Assembly (NCBI GenBank): GCA_016186115.1
Contig: JACPMK010000002.1
Location: forward strand, 340,323 to 395,297
DNA length: 54,975 nucleotides
Source of the DNA: Candidatus Wildermuthbacteria bacterium
GTDB lineage: Bacteria; Patescibacteriota; Minisyncoccia; Minisyncoccales; UBA10102
Reading direction: 5' to 3'
The translations under genes were made by a program, and so were the position numbers. Position 1 is the stretch's first letter. Each line of letters begins with the position of its first letter. This document shows positions 40,684 through 51,234 of this stretch, in pieces. Under the pieces are notes generated by a model. It was not told where the DNA came from, did not search any database, and saw only the letters and a program-made list of their open reading frames with translations.

Positions 40684-41070
40684 CTATGGCGTTCCGATAA
40701 AGGTCGCTATAATGTTGGGGAAAACAAATGCAAGAATTGCTACGATAATGCCGACTGCTGCCCACATCAAGATTCCTCTTGCCTGATTTGTCTTTTCTGG
40801 ACTCCCTGCTGAAGTAAGAAAAAGAAAGGCGGCATAAAGCACCATAAAAACAGAAACAACAATAAGAACGGCAAAAACCCAGTTTGCGATAGTTCTCAAG
40901 AGTTGAAGCCACTCTCCGGGCGTATCAACACTGGTTGCGCTAGGAGGAGTAATGGTGGGCTGCGGTTGGTTTGGTCCGGGTGGTGGTAACTCGATAGCAA
41001 ATGCCGCTTGACTCAATATCCCTACAGCAAATACAGCGATAATGAGGATAGCAAAAATCTTTTTGATCAT
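40684..41070 (-). CDS. TrbC/VirB2-like pilin
   Basis: Signal peptide, then TM-TSAGSPEKTNQARGILMWAAVG-TM. Confidence 0.75.
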   Translation of the reverse strand: MIKKIFAILIIAVFAVGILSQAAFAIELPPPGPNQPQPTITPPSATSVDTPGEWLQLLRTIANWVFAVLIVVSVFMVLYAAFLFLTSAGSPEKTNQARGILMWAAVGIIVAILAFVFPNIIATFIGTP

Positions 41071-41129
41071 AGAGATTTATAAACAACAGTTACTATAAAA
41101 ATGCGACCTTTCTTAATGTGTATCAAAAA

Positions 41130-41387
41130 CTACATTCCAAAGATATTTTCAATTGTAGTACTGATTCCCTGCGCTAATAATATTATAACAAATCCTATTA
41201 CTGCCCACAACAAGATTGACTTTGCTTTGGCGAGCTTTTGAGGATCTCCTCCTGAAGTAAGGAAAGTAAACCCGGCATACAACACAACAAGTACAAGGAT
41301 CATGACAGAAAATGCGAAGAACCAATTATAAATTGTGGTAATAGTACCGAAAAGAGTATCCTGACCGGGTAAATTATTATAAGTCAT
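41130..41387 (-). CDS. TrbC/VirB2-like pilin
   Basis: TM-TSGGDPQKLAKAKSILLWAVIG-TM. Confidence 0.75.
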   Translation of the reverse strand: MTYNNLPGQDTLFGTITTIYNWFFAFSVMILVLVVLYAGFTFLTSGGDPQKLAKAKSILLWAVIGFVIILLAQGISTTIENIFGM

Positions 41388-41479
41388 ACCGATGCTAATT
41401 GATTTATTCTAGCATTTATGTCAAGCAGATCAATTCCCTTCTCTGTGGAAAATTGATATAATGCTCACATTATGCAGCA

Positions 41480-42829
41480 TTGATGAATATGGCCTTTATA
41501 AAATTTAAAAAGGAAATCCTTTTTCTTGCTCTTCTCCTTTCCTTCAGCCTTGCAACTCATTTTCTATTTCTCGGGCATCCCAGTGAGGTAGTATTCGATG
41601 AATACCACTATGGAAAATTTGTGAACGGGTATCTGGAAGGAAAGTATTTTTACAATATTCATCCTCCGCTTGCCACTCAATTGATTACCTTGGGAGGATG
41701 GCTTGACGGATATCAAACCCCAAAATTTTCTTTTGAGACCATCGGGGGAGTATTTTCCGATTCCTCATATCTCGGCCTGCGCTTTTTCCCTGCGTTAGCC
41801 GGCAGCTTGATTCCCCTGGCGTTGTATTTTTTTCTCAAGAGCATTGGCGCGCCATTCCGCGCAGCTTTCTTGGCGGGCGCATTGATTTCGTTAGACAATG
41901 CCCTTCTTGCTCAATCGCGGCTTGCGCTTCCCGACTCCATCCTTTTGCTCCTTGGAATTCTTGGCCTCGGTTTCTTTTTTCTCGGCCGCCGCAACAACTA
42001 TAAGACCATTTTTCTTCTGTTTGCTGGTATTTTTTTTGCCCTAAGCTTTTCCGTAAAATGGACCGGATTTGCCTTTTTGGGGCTTGCAGGAGTTATTACT
42101 CTTTTCGATCTCATAAAAATATTGTTCTTATCCTCATTCCGCGCCGTGGCTTTCCCTTTGATCAAATCGTTTCTCTTCCTGTTCCTTATCCCAATTGCAA
42201 TATATTTTGAAATCTACAATATCCATTTTGCGCTTCTCCCAAATCCGGGGCCCGGCAATCCGTATATGTCCAAAGAATTTAACGAGGGAAACCTCACCAA
42301 TATGGAAAAATTTATTGAGATTAATCAGATAAACTACACCATCAACAAAGGATTCGCCGCAACGCATCCCTATGGCAGCAAATGGTATACCTGGCCCTTC
42401 ATGTCTCGCCCCATTTACTATTGGAATAACGACGGCGCCACCGAGAAGATATACTTCCTTGGCAATCCTGTTGTCTGGTGGGGCTCAACGCTTACATTGT
42501 TGCTTTTGCCCATTCTGTTGTTCTTCAAACAACTTTGGAAAGAACGTATTGTGCTTATATTGGCTGCAGGATATATCGTTAGTTTTGTGCCATTTCTCAT
42601 TGTCTCCCGCGTCATGTTTCTCTACCACTATCTTATTCCCTTGATATTCGCGGTCTCGTTATTTGCTTATCTTGCAACGACAATAAAACCGAGATACGCA
42701 AAGATTCTCTCTCTTCTTCTTGCCTTGGCAGCTCTTATTTCCTTTTTCTACTTTGCGCCCCTTACCTACGGCTTCCCCTTAGACAAAGCGCAATTTGAAA
42801 ATCGCATGTGGCTCTCCACATGGCCCTAA
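41480..42829 (+). CDS. PMT-family protein O-mannosyltransferase-like (lipid-carrier glycosyltransferase)
   Basis: VVFDE, HPPL, KWTG, HPYGSKWYTWP, GNPVVWW, FLYHY; start may be 41483 or 41489. Confidence 0.88.
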   Translation: MMNMAFIKFKKEILFLALLLSFSLATHFLFLGHPSEVVFDEYHYGKFVNGYLEGKYFYNIHPPLATQLITLGGWLDGYQTPKFSFETIGGVFSDSSYLGLRFFPALAGSLIPLALYFFLKSIGAPFRAAFLAGALISLDNALLAQSRLALPDSILLLLGILGLGFFFLGRRNNYKTIFLLFAGIFFALSFSVKWTGFAFLGLAGVITLFDLIKILFLSSFRAVAFPLIKSFLFLFLIPIAIYFEIYNIHFALLPNPGPGNPYMSKEFNEGNLTNMEKFIEINQINYTINKGFAATHPYGSKWYTWPFMSRPIYYWNNDGATEKIYFLGNPVVWWGSTLTLLLLPILLFFKQLWKERIVLILAAGYIVSFVPFLIVSRVMFLYHYLIPLIFAVSLFAYLATTIKPRYAKILSLLLALAALISFFYFAPLTYGFPLDKAQFENRMWLSTWP

Positions 42830-44734
42830 TTAGGGAGAGATTCCTCCAAGGATCCCTGTGACTATTTCGATTAACGCCTTGGAGAAAATAACAATTGCAA
42901 ATCCAATAATAGACCAGGTAATAATGTTCTTGGCTCTGGTTACTCTTGCCGGATCGCCTCCCGAAGTAAAGAAGAAAAATCCACCAATCAAAATCATGAG
43001 CGGGAAAAGAATAAAGGTAAGCTTGAGGATGAAATCGATCACCCCCTTGAGGAGATCGGGGAAAGAATTGACATTCTTCAGAGGATTTTCAAATTTAATC
43101 AGCGTCCCTCCCGGCGGATTCTGCGTCGAACTCTGTTGAGGAGTTCCCGCTGCCACCCCTCCTCCAAAAACTGCCGCGCTCCCAATTTGAGGATTCTCAA
43201 CTTTCACTACGCTTGGAAAGTTTCCTGCTGCAGTTGGTGCAAAACGAATTGTCACGTTTTGACTGGTCCCTTTTGCCAAATTATAGGCACACCCGCTCAC
43301 GCAAGAAAATGGAGCAGTTGTAGAAATAGATCCACCGGCTGAACCTGCCGGACTTGAAAGATCATGGGTAAGAGTAAAAGTGATATCTTTTGTTGTCCCC
43401 ACGTCTATATTGCCGAAATCAGAGCTCGAAGGAGTAAAAATAAACACAGCAACGTTGCCGCCAGCAATAGTAACGGTGCCAAAGTTAAAACTCAATACAT
43501 TCTGCCGAGTACCCTCTACTTTCACCTGATAGCTTCCGGCTGCGGAGTAATTACATCGTTCATTAAAATCATAAGGAAAACTATTTGCCGTTTCTGTTGC
43601 CTCCCATACGCCGTCATTCGTACAATCGAGTCGTACGGTTGCTGCGCCTGCTGCGTTCCCTCCCGCGGCCACAGTAATTTTTACATTATTCAATGGCGCG
43701 GGACCAGAAGCAGGACTGGGCGTTACATTCGAAATATTGAACGTTACTGCCCCGATTCCTCTTCCGGAAACAGCTGCGCTTCCCGTATTAGGCGAAGAAA
43801 CTGCTAGGGTTTTAGAGAAATTTCCTTGGTTGGTCGGCGCAAAACGAATGATAACCTCTTGACCTTCCTCTCGCGACAAACCGAATGTACATCCACTTAT
43901 ACAAGAGAATGGGGCATCGTCTGGAATCGAGCCCGAAGCAAAAGCCGATGGGCTTGAGGAGCTGTGAACGAGGAAAAAAGTAGCATCTTTCTTCTGGCCG
44001 ACATCTACATTACCAAAATCATAACTTGAAGGCGAAAAAGAAAAAATAGGACTATTCGACTGGACAGTAAAACTTCCCGCTGGTATTGCGGTGGAGCCGA
44101 CGTTATTTGCCTTGTCGGTTGCCATGGCATAGTACCGAACAGTTTGGCCTACGCTATAGGTACGCGTCAAGGAACAAGTTGAATTATTCGTACAAATCTG
44201 CGAGGCATCGGCATAGGAACCATCGCCGTTTTCATCAACCGAAATAGTGATATTTGCAATGCCGCTTGCATCACTTGCATCTGCGGTAAATTTTACCTGC
44301 CCCGGAGAAGGATTACCTGAAGGAGAGTGCGATATCGAAATGCTCGGAGGAGTCGTGTCTTGCTGCTGGGCCGCAGAAACAGTAACATTCGTACCCGAGC
44401 TTGTGGGATCGAACTTGGAACCATCAGCATCTGAACATTGAGCATAGACCCAATAGACACCCGTTGAAGAAAACGCATAACTAACCGAAGCGGTGTTGCC
44501 AGAAATAGTCATCTGCACCTGGCCTGCTGGATGAATAAAATAACAGGAAAAGAGCGGGGGCTTTGTGGCGGAGACCTGAAGAGAAAAGGTAGTTGGAACC
44601 CCTGCGGTTGCGACATCGGGAGCAATGTGGGTATCGTATGTTACTGTTGCATTGCTTGCCGAAGGGAAAAGAAACCAAACCCCAACAAACAAAAGGGCGA
44701 ACAAAAAGAATAGAAGAGCGTGGTGTTTATTCAT
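42830..44734 (-). CDS. Surface protein with Ig/PKD-like and two ASH (choice-of-anchor D)-like domains plus a C-terminal VirB2-like pilin module
   Basis: Two PSSxDFGNxDVG...IRFAPTxxGNF repeats; C-terminal TM-TSGGDPARVTRAKNIITWSIIG-TM; ATG 44734. Confidence 0.75.
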   Translation of the reverse strand: MNKHHALLFFLFALLFVGVWFLFPSASNATVTYDTHIAPDVATAGVPTTFSLQVSATKPPLFSCYFIHPAGQVQMTISGNTASVSYAFSSTGVYWVYAQCSDADGSKFDPTSSGTNVTVSAAQQQDTTPPSISISHSPSGNPSPGQVKFTADASDASGIANITISVDENGDGSYADASQICTNNSTCSLTRTYSVGQTVRYYAMATDKANNVGSTAIPAGSFTVQSNSPIFSFSPSSYDFGNVDVGQKKDATFFLVHSSSSPSAFASGSIPDDAPFSCISGCTFGLSREEGQEVIIRFAPTNQGNFSKTLAVSSPNTGSAAVSGRGIGAVTFNISNVTPSPASGPAPLNNVKITVAAGGNAAGAATVRLDCTNDGVWEATETANSFPYDFNERCNYSAAGSYQVKVEGTRQNVLSFNFGTVTIAGGNVAVFIFTPSSSDFGNIDVGTTKDITFTLTHDLSSPAGSAGGSISTTAPFSCVSGCAYNLAKGTSQNVTIRFAPTAAGNFPSVVKVENPQIGSAAVFGGGVAAGTPQQSSTQNPPGGTLIKFENPLKNVNSFPDLLKGVIDFILKLTFILFPLMILIGGFFFFTSGGDPARVTRAKNIITWSIIGFAIVIFSKALIEIVTGILGGISP

Positions 44735-44786
44735 TCCTCTAGTATAGAATCCCCAAGTAGATGAGGCAAGAGTGAAATTCACAAAA

Positions 44787-47252
44787 CTAAATACAGGCGG
44801 CAGAGGCCGCTTTGTCTCCCTCTTCCAGCTTCATAATTCTTACCCCTTGGGTAGATCTGCTGATTTTGGGGATCGAATTAATTGCTGTGCGAATCACATG
44901 TCCTTTGCGGGAAATAACGACAAGGTCTTCCTCGTCTGGCGCCAACACCTTTGCATAGACCAGCAATCCTGTTTTCGAGGTTACATTTGCGGTTTTAATC
45001 CCAGACCCGCCTCTCCCCTGCAAACGATACTCTTTGACATCCGTTCTTTTGCCGTAGCCATTTTCAGTTAGCACAAGAAGATATGCGGGTTGCGCGGTCT
45101 GGGGCTGAACAACATCCATTCCTATCACTTCGTCTCCTTTCTTCAAACGAATGGCGTGAATGCCGGCTGCCGGCCTGCCCATCGGCCGTATATCTTTTTC
45201 TCGGAACCTCACGGACTGGCCTTTTTTGGTGACAATAATAATTTCGTCTTGCCCGGTTGTTTTATGTACTGCCTGCAACGCATCGCCCTTCTTTAGGGTG
45301 ATGGCAATCAGCCCCGATTTACGAACGTTCTTGAAATCCTCGAGCGGCGTTTTCTTGATAAGGCCGTTCTTTGTCACCATGGTGAGATAGCGAACGCTCC
45401 CGGCTTCCTCGCTTTTGCCCAAGGCAAAAATCGACATTACTTTATCTTGAGGGGCCATCTCAAAAAAGTTCAAAAGCCCTCTTCCTTTTGATACGCGTGT
45501 GGCCTCGGGAATTTCATACACCGGGGAACGAAATACTTTTCCCGAGTCGGTGAAAACCAAAAATGAATCATGGGTTTGAGCGTACAGAAAATGCTCCACA
45601 ATGTCGTCTCCTGTTGTTTTCATCCCAACAACCCCTTTGCCGCCCCGCTTTTGCAATTTATAGGTAGAAGGATTAATGCGCTTGATGTATCCGCCTTGGG
45701 TAAGAGTAATCATTGTGTCCTCCTGCGGGATCAAGTCCTCCTCTGCAATCTCTCCCACGCCCTGCACATACACTCTCGTGCGGCGTTCGTCGCCAAAGGT
45801 TTGCTTTGCCTGCAACAATTCTTGTGTGATAATCGCATCGATTTTCTTTGGGCTGGCCAAAATTGCAGAAAATTCTTTGATTTTCGCCTGAACTTCTTTG
45901 AGTTCGTCTTCGATTCTCTTGCGCTCAAGCTTCGCCAATTGGGCCAAGCGCATGTCCAAAATCGCATTGGTCTGAATTTCGGTGAGCCGAAAACGTTTCA
46001 TTAACTTTACTTTTGCGTCGTCTCTGTCATCTGCGTGACGGATGATTTTGATTACCTCATCAATATTTGCCAAGCACTTATGCAACCCCTGCAAAATATG
46101 CTCTCTTTCCTTGGCCCGATCGAGCTCGTATTGCGTTCTGCGCACGATGACGTGCCGGCGATGGCTAAGGAAATACGAAAGCAATTCAGATAAAGAAAGA
46201 ACCTTGGGCTGAATCCCATCCACTAACGCGAGGGCATTGAGGTGATACGTTTTCTGCAAATCAGAGAATTTGTACAAACGATTTAGAATCTTCTGCGGGT
46301 AGGCATCTTTCTGCAGATCAAAGACAACGCGCAAGCCGTCTTTGTCTGACTCATCGCGGATATCCTTGATGCCATCGATTTTTTTCTCCTGCACCAAATT
46401 TGCAAACTGTTCAACCAGCGTTGCTTTGTTCACCTGATAAGGAATCTCGGTAATAATAATTTGAGGCCGTTTTCCTTCGCCTTCCACGATATCTGCTTTT
46501 CCCCGAACAACAATGGGGCCGTTGCCTTGTGAATATGCTTCGATAATTGCTTTGCGGTTATAAATAATGCCGCCGGTAGGAAAATCAGGCCCTTTCACAA
46601 ATTGAAAAAGGGTTTCTGTGGTTGCCTTGGGATTGCCGATGAGATACATGAGCGCATCAACGAGTTCACCAAGATTATGAGGCGGCATGTCTGTTGCCAT
46701 GCCAACCGCGATCCCCAAAGTTCCGTTGAGCAAAAGCTGAGGCAAGGGGGAAGGCAATACGGTCGGCTCTTTGCGCGTGCCATCGTAGTTATCTACGAAA
46801 TCAACGGTATTCTTGGCAATATCCCGCAGCGTTTCTTCTCCTATTCTCGACATTCGCGCCTCCGAGTATCGCATTGCCGCAGGAGGATCCCCGTCGATGG
46901 ATCCGAAGTTGCCTTGACCATCAATCAAAGGGTAGCGCATGGAAAAATCCTGCGCCATGCGCACGAGAGCGTCGTACACTGGAATGTCTCCATGAGGATG
47001 ATATCGCCCCAAGGTAGAGCCCACCACTGTTGCGGACTTGCGGTATTTTGCATTGTGGGTAAGGCCATCTTCGTACATTGCATACAAAATTCTGCGATGC
47101 ACTGGCTTTAATCCATCGCGCACATCAGGCAGAGCCCGCGCCACAATCACGGACATTGCGTAGTCAAGATAGGAAACTCTCATTTCCTCGGTTATCTCTC
47201 TTGGCTGCACCTGCCCCAGTGGCTGAATTTGTTTGGTATTATCTTGGGCCAT
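44787..47252 (-). CDS. gyrA: DNA gyrase subunit A
   Basis: [19 protein letters not shown], GyrA-box QKRGGKG, beta-pinwheel repeats. Confidence 0.98.
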   Translation of the reverse strand: MAQDNTKQIQPLGQVQPREITEEMRVSYLDYAMSVIVARALPDVRDGLKPVHRRILYAMYEDGLTHNAKYRKSATVVGSTLGRYHPHGDIPVYDALVRMAQDFSMRYPLIDGQGNFGSIDGDPPAAMRYSEARMSRIGEETLRDIAKNTVDFVDNYDGTRKEPTVLPSPLPQLLLNGTLGIAVGMATDMPPHNLGELVDALMYLIGNPKATTETLFQFVKGPDFPTGGIIYNRKAIIEAYSQGNGPIVVRGKADIVEGEGKRPQIIITEIPYQVNKATLVEQFANLVQEKKIDGIKDIRDESDKDGLRVVFDLQKDAYPQKILNRLYKFSDLQKTYHLNALALVDGIQPKVLSLSELLSYFLSHRRHVIVRRTQYELDRAKEREHILQGLHKCLANIDEVIKIIRHADDRDDAKVKLMKRFRLTEIQTNAILDMRLAQLAKLERKRIEDELKEVQAKIKEFSAILASPKKIDAIITQELLQAKQTFGDERRTRVYVQGVGEIAEEDLIPQEDTMITLTQGGYIKRINPSTYKLQKRGGKGVVGMKTTGDDIVEHFLYAQTHDSFLVFTDSGKVFRSPVYEIPEATRVSKGRGLLNFFEMAPQDKVMSIFALGKSEEAGSVRYLTMVTKNGLIKKTPLEDFKNVRKSGLIAITLKKGDALQAVHKTTGQDEIIIVTKKGQSVRFREKDIRPMGRPAAGIHAIRLKKGDEVIGMDVVQPQTAQPAYLLVLTENGYGKRTDVKEYRLQGRGGSGIKTANVTSKTGLLVYAKVLAPDEEDLVVISRKGHVIRTAINSIPKISRSTQGVRIMKLEEGDKAASAACI

Positions 47253-47454
47253 TATTCAAGGTATCTTTTAGTTCTGGAAGAAAAAGGTCTTTTTCCGCAT
47301 TACTATTTTGCAACGCAGAAAGTGAATCTTTGAGATGTTTTCCCCACCATCCCAAAAGCATGACTCCGACAGCTATAGTAATTCCCCATACCAGCATCTT
47401 TTTCTTTTGCTGGGGAATGCTCTGCAAGGCAGGCAGAATCTGCCGAATCTTCAT
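47239..47454 (-). CDS. Small single-TM hypothetical protein
   Basis: Overlaps both neighbours in operon fashion; one TM helix. Confidence 0.55.
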   Translation of the reverse strand: MKIRQILPALQSIPQQKKKMLVWGITIAVGVMLLGWWGKHLKDSLSALQNSNAEKDLFLPELKDTLNNGPR

Positions 47455-48110
47455 GATGGCTGAAGAAGAATAATTTGCATTTCCTCTGCGGGCAAATCCT
47501 TTGCTTTTAATACCAACTTGAGTTGGGGCTCAACTTCTTTCTTTCCCATCACTTTCAAAAAATCTTCAATGCCCTCTAATTGCACCTTCAATTTCGGCAA
47601 GCGATAGTGCATGGGGATAACGATCTTTGGTTCGATTTGATTAATGATATTCCGCGCGCCTTGGCCATCGATTGTGTACACTCCACCCACAGGGATAAAC
47701 AATATATCAATATTGCCGATTTGCTCCAATTGTTCCGAGGTCAATTCCTTTTGGCCAAGATCTCCTAAATGGCATAATTTCATTCCTTCTGCTTCGATCG
47801 TATAGATCGCGTTGAGGCCGCGTTCCTTCCCGTCGGAAGCATCATGAAAAGAAGAAATTCCCTCAACGAATACCTCCTTCACTTCGTATTCTCCGGGATT
47901 GGCAATACTAAAAGGAGGGATGCCTTTTAGGGCATTCCGATTGTTGTGATCATGATGTTCGTGAGTGATCAGCAAGAGATCGGCTTCCACGGAAGACATA
48001 TGCAATCCAATCGAATCCTGAAAAGGATCGATCAGAATGCGTACTTGCTCTTGTTTGCCTCGTGAAGCTGCCAAATAAAAACATGCTTGGCCTTTCCAAG
48101 AAATCTGCAT
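47451..48110 (-). CDS. MBL-fold metallo-hydrolase
   Basis: ILIDPF, THEHHDH, HLGDLG, PVGGVYT, IPMHY. Confidence 0.9.
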   Translation of the reverse strand: MQISWKGQACFYLAASRGKQEQVRILIDPFQDSIGLHMSSVEADLLLITHEHHDHNNRNALKGIPPFSIANPGEYEVKEVFVEGISSFHDASDGKERGLNAIYTIEAEGMKLCHLGDLGQKELTSEQLEQIGNIDILFIPVGGVYTIDGQGARNIINQIEPKIVIPMHYRLPKLKVQLEGIEDFLKVMGKKEVEPQLKLVLKAKDLPAEEMQIILLQPS

Positions 48111-48203
48111 ACACATATATTATAGCATAATACCCTCCGCGTTCAATGGCTTTCTAACCCCTTACCCTTGAAATTATTTTGCCGATTCTGTATAGTCAAC
48201 GAT

Positions 48204-49352
48204 ATGACAACAATGGCAAAACCGCAGTTTATTCAAAGGATAGAAATTCAAAGACCCTATAAGATAGGAGATATTGTAGAAGCTCCAGTTATTGCCATCG
48301 GAAGATCTGCGATCTATGTTGACCTTGCTCCCCAAGGAACTGGCATTGTATATGGGAAAGAATTTCTTGAAGAAAAAAGTACGCTCAAGAATGTCAAGAT
48401 AGGAGAGAAGATTACGGCAAAGGTTGTGGATATAGAAAATGAAGAGGGATATGTTGAACTTTCTCTCAAAGAAGCAGGGAGGCAGATCAACTGGGAGCGG
48501 CTTCGCGAGAAAAAAGAATCAGAAGAAATTATTCCCGTGAAAATTTTGAGCGCAAACAAAGGAGGCCTTCTTTCTGAACTCTACGGAATTGCCGCGTTTC
48601 TTCCTGTTTCCCAGCTTGCGCCAGAACATTATCCCAAAGTAGAAGGAGGAGATCCGGAGAAAATTCTCCACGAATTGCAAAAATTTACCGGCACAGAACT
48701 TCAGGTTCAAATTTTTGATATTGACCCAAAGGAAAATAAAATCATCCTTTCCGAAAGAGCCAAGGAACGCCTCAAGGTAAAAGAGCTCCTGCAGAATTAT
48801 CAAGTCGGCGATGTGGTCGAAGGAACAATTACCGGAGTAGTTGATTTTGGAGCATTTGTGAGCTTTGGCAAAGAAGGGGAGGAAATCGAAGGACTCATCC
48901 ATATTTCAGAAATTGACTGGCAGATTATCGAGGACCCCAGTAAATTTCTCGCGGCGGGCGACAAAATTGCGGCAAAAATTATTGATATTTCAAATGGCAG
49001 GGTATCGTTATCGCTCAAGGCGCTCAAAGAAGATCCTTGGAAAAACATTGGAGAGAAGTACAAGAAATTGGACTTTATTAAGGGAAAGGTTACCAAAATG
49101 AACCCCTACGGAGCATTTGTTGAAATCGAGCCGAAAATTCAGGGATTAGCGCACATTTCAGAATTTGGCACCAAAAAGAAAATGGAAGAAGAGCTCCTCG
49201 TTGGAGAAACCTATAACTTCCAAATTATCGACCTCAATCCTGCAGAGCATCGGATGAGTTTGCGTTTCGCCGCGAATCCAGAAATCGTTTCAACGCCAGA
49301 ATCCCCGCAGCCGAAACCAGAGCAAGAGAAAGCGCAACAAAAAGAGGGCTAG
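48204..49352 (+). CDS. rpsA: 30S ribosomal protein S1 (4 S1 domains)
   Basis: Repeated S1 motifs (FGAFV, GLIHISE, VSLSLK); ATG 48204. Confidence 0.9.
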   Translation: MTTMAKPQFIQRIEIQRPYKIGDIVEAPVIAIGRSAIYVDLAPQGTGIVYGKEFLEEKSTLKNVKIGEKITAKVVDIENEEGYVELSLKEAGRQINWERLREKKESEEIIPVKILSANKGGLLSELYGIAAFLPVSQLAPEHYPKVEGGDPEKILHELQKFTGTELQVQIFDIDPKENKIILSERAKERLKVKELLQNYQVGDVVEGTITGVVDFGAFVSFGKEGEEIEGLIHISEIDWQIIEDPSKFLAAGDKIAAKIIDISNGRVSLSLKALKEDPWKNIGEKYKKLDFIKGKVTKMNPYGAFVEIEPKIQGLAHISEFGTKKKMEEELLVGETYNFQIIDLNPAEHRMSLRFAANPEIVSTPESPQPKPEQEKAQQKEG

Positions 49353-49971
49353 TATTCGTGGGCACAGAAGAGGACTGCTGAAAGTCCTTTTTTGTTTGTT
49401 CTTGCAGCGCAAGAATATCTGTGCCAAAAATACTATTTTGCGATCGAGGAGTTCCTACGCGAACAATGCTTGTTCCCCAATTTTTTGCGTCTGTCCCGGG
49501 CTCCGATGGATTGCGCCGCTCCATGGAAAATTTTGTTTCATTATCTCCTCCGTACCAGCCGCCTGCTGCATCAATTTCATCCACGATCTCGCCTTGTGCA
49601 TTTTTGAGTACAACGTTTTGCCCGGTATTGACGAATTTTCCGGTCAAATTTTCATACGACAAATCAAAGTTTGCGATCTTGTCAGAAGATACGATCAAAA
49701 AATATCCTTGCGCCGGAATGTTCCCGGCTAGGGGAATGCGAAAATCGAGCTGGTCGCGCGAAAGTTCAACTGCCCATCCCGCAAGAGAAACCTGCTGCTC
49801 TGCGGAGTTATACAATTCCAGCCATTCATATCTCCACCATTGCTTTTGCTCCACCCCTTCCACCGGACTTCCCATCCATACTATCTCGTTTATCACCACA
49901 TCACCTAATTCAGCCGATACAAAAAGAGGCGCACCGAACAACAAAGAGAAAAAGAAAGCTACATATTGCAT
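49234..49971 (-). CDS. Lamin tail domain secreted protein with C-terminal TM anchor
   Basis: VVINEI, EWLELYN, VSLAGW, SMER, GTP. Confidence 0.85.
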   Translation of the reverse strand: MQYVAFFFSLLFGAPLFVSAELGDVVINEIVWMGSPVEGVEQKQWWRYEWLELYNSAEQQVSLAGWAVELSRDQLDFRIPLAGNIPAQGYFLIVSSDKIANFDLSYENLTGKFVNTGQNVVLKNAQGEIVDEIDAAGGWYGGDNETKFSMERRNPSEPGTDAKNWGTSIVRVGTPRSQNSIFGTDILALQEQTKKDFQQSSSVPTNTSPLFVALSLALVSAAGILALKRFLDSRRNANSSDALQD

Positions 49972-50001
49972 GTTGCTTTACTATACTTCGCGTTTAAGAA
50001 T

Positions 50002-50029
50002 TTGACAAATAAATATAAAGTGATATACT
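50002..50029 (+). promoter_or_regulatory. Consensus sigma70 promoter
   Basis: TTGACA, 16 bp spacer ending in TGA, TATACT; strong SD gggagagg at about 50078-85. Confidence 0.75.
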
Positions 50030-50085
50030 GCTGATTAGCTACGGAGGGTAAAACTAAGCCCTCGGATCGTAAAAGAAGGGAGAGG

Positions 50086-51150
50086 TTGATGATTAAAGAA
50101 ATCGTCACTCATGGAAGCCCAGCGCACCTAGACGAGTTGATGGCGTATCTGATGCTCGCTGACCACGGAGGAGAGGAAAAACTTCCTGGAGTTAGCAAGG
50201 CGAATTTCCGATGTCTCACCAAGGATGACAATCTTAAGATGCTCGCCCATGACGAGCACGTGGTATTGCTGGGGATTGGTGCCGAGTTCCAAAACAGCAC
50301 CAACGCTCACAGAATCTTTGACGAACACGTGTTTAACGGCGACAAGTCCAAAAAAGACGAGTGCGCCGCAACGCTCGTGGCAAAATTCCTTGGGCTTGAC
50401 CAACAGTTTACATGGAGGCAGATTCTCAAGTACGTCCTTCATACCGATAAGAATCCCCCTAGCCTAACTCTGGACCTCGCCCCCACAGTAATAAGATTCC
50501 AACGTCAGGGCTGGAGTCTCTCTGCTGTGGTCAGATATGCAGACGATGCTATTCACGCAAAGCTCGAAGAGAGTCAATGCTTTGCCAACGTTGCAATGGA
50601 GAAAATCCACGAGGAGGAGCTCGATCTCGGATGCGGCGGAAGACAATGGCTTGCAGTGATAGAAACCGACGACGTGGAGACGTCTAGATTTGCACGATTT
50701 ATGGGCGCCGCGTTAGCCATTGTCAAAAACCCGACCGGGCACATTCAAATTCTTTCCGCCAAGCATCTCCGCCTCGATTTGCGAGATATCTTGCGTATCT
50801 TGAGGTTAAGAGAGCAATGGATAGAAAACAAGTATAAAGTAACTGATTGGAGGATACTCGAACAAGAAGGTACCGTTGCAGGCATTCCCCAGTGGTTCTT
50901 CCACGAGGAAGCGAACGACATCCTTAACGGAGGGCAAGCCCGACCCGATGTCCCGGCCACAAAGATTCCGATTTCTATGATTGTAGAATCGGTAAAGCTG
51001 GGCCTCGAGACGCATTGCTTTGAACCGTCGCGAGAAACACGCTGCAAACAAGGCGTGTGCACATCCACAGCAATAAACCCATGCCCCTTATATAGATTGG
51101 GACTTCTGCGATGCCGGCAGATACGAGCAAAAATGTATCTTTCAAAATAG
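50086..51150 (+). CDS. Hypothetical MYG1/DHH-like metal-dependent hydrolase with Cys-rich C-terminus
   Basis: VTHGSPAHLDE and FDEH resemble MYG1 THxxxFHxDE and FDHH; C-terminal Cys cluster. Confidence 0.5.
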   Translation: MMIKEIVTHGSPAHLDELMAYLMLADHGGEEKLPGVSKANFRCLTKDDNLKMLAHDEHVVLLGIGAEFQNSTNAHRIFDEHVFNGDKSKKDECAATLVAKFLGLDQQFTWRQILKYVLHTDKNPPSLTLDLAPTVIRFQRQGWSLSAVVRYADDAIHAKLEESQCFANVAMEKIHEEELDLGCGGRQWLAVIETDDVETSRFARFMGAALAIVKNPTGHIQILSAKHLRLDLRDILRILRLREQWIENKYKVTDWRILEQEGTVAGIPQWFFHEEANDILNGGQARPDVPATKIPISMIVESVKLGLETHCFEPSRETRCKQGVCTSTAINPCPLYRLGLLRCRQIRAKMYLSK

Positions 51151-51157
51151 GTCCCAA

Positions 51158-51197
51158 AGGCCCTGTCGCTCAGCCAGCGATGGGGCCTCATTTTTTT
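51158..51197 (+). terminator. Intrinsic terminator
   Basis: aggccctgtcgct-cagcc-agcgatggggcct followed by a T-run. Confidence 0.75.
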
Positions 51198-51234
51198 CTT
51201 GAATAATACGGGATTTTCTATTATAATAATCTCG

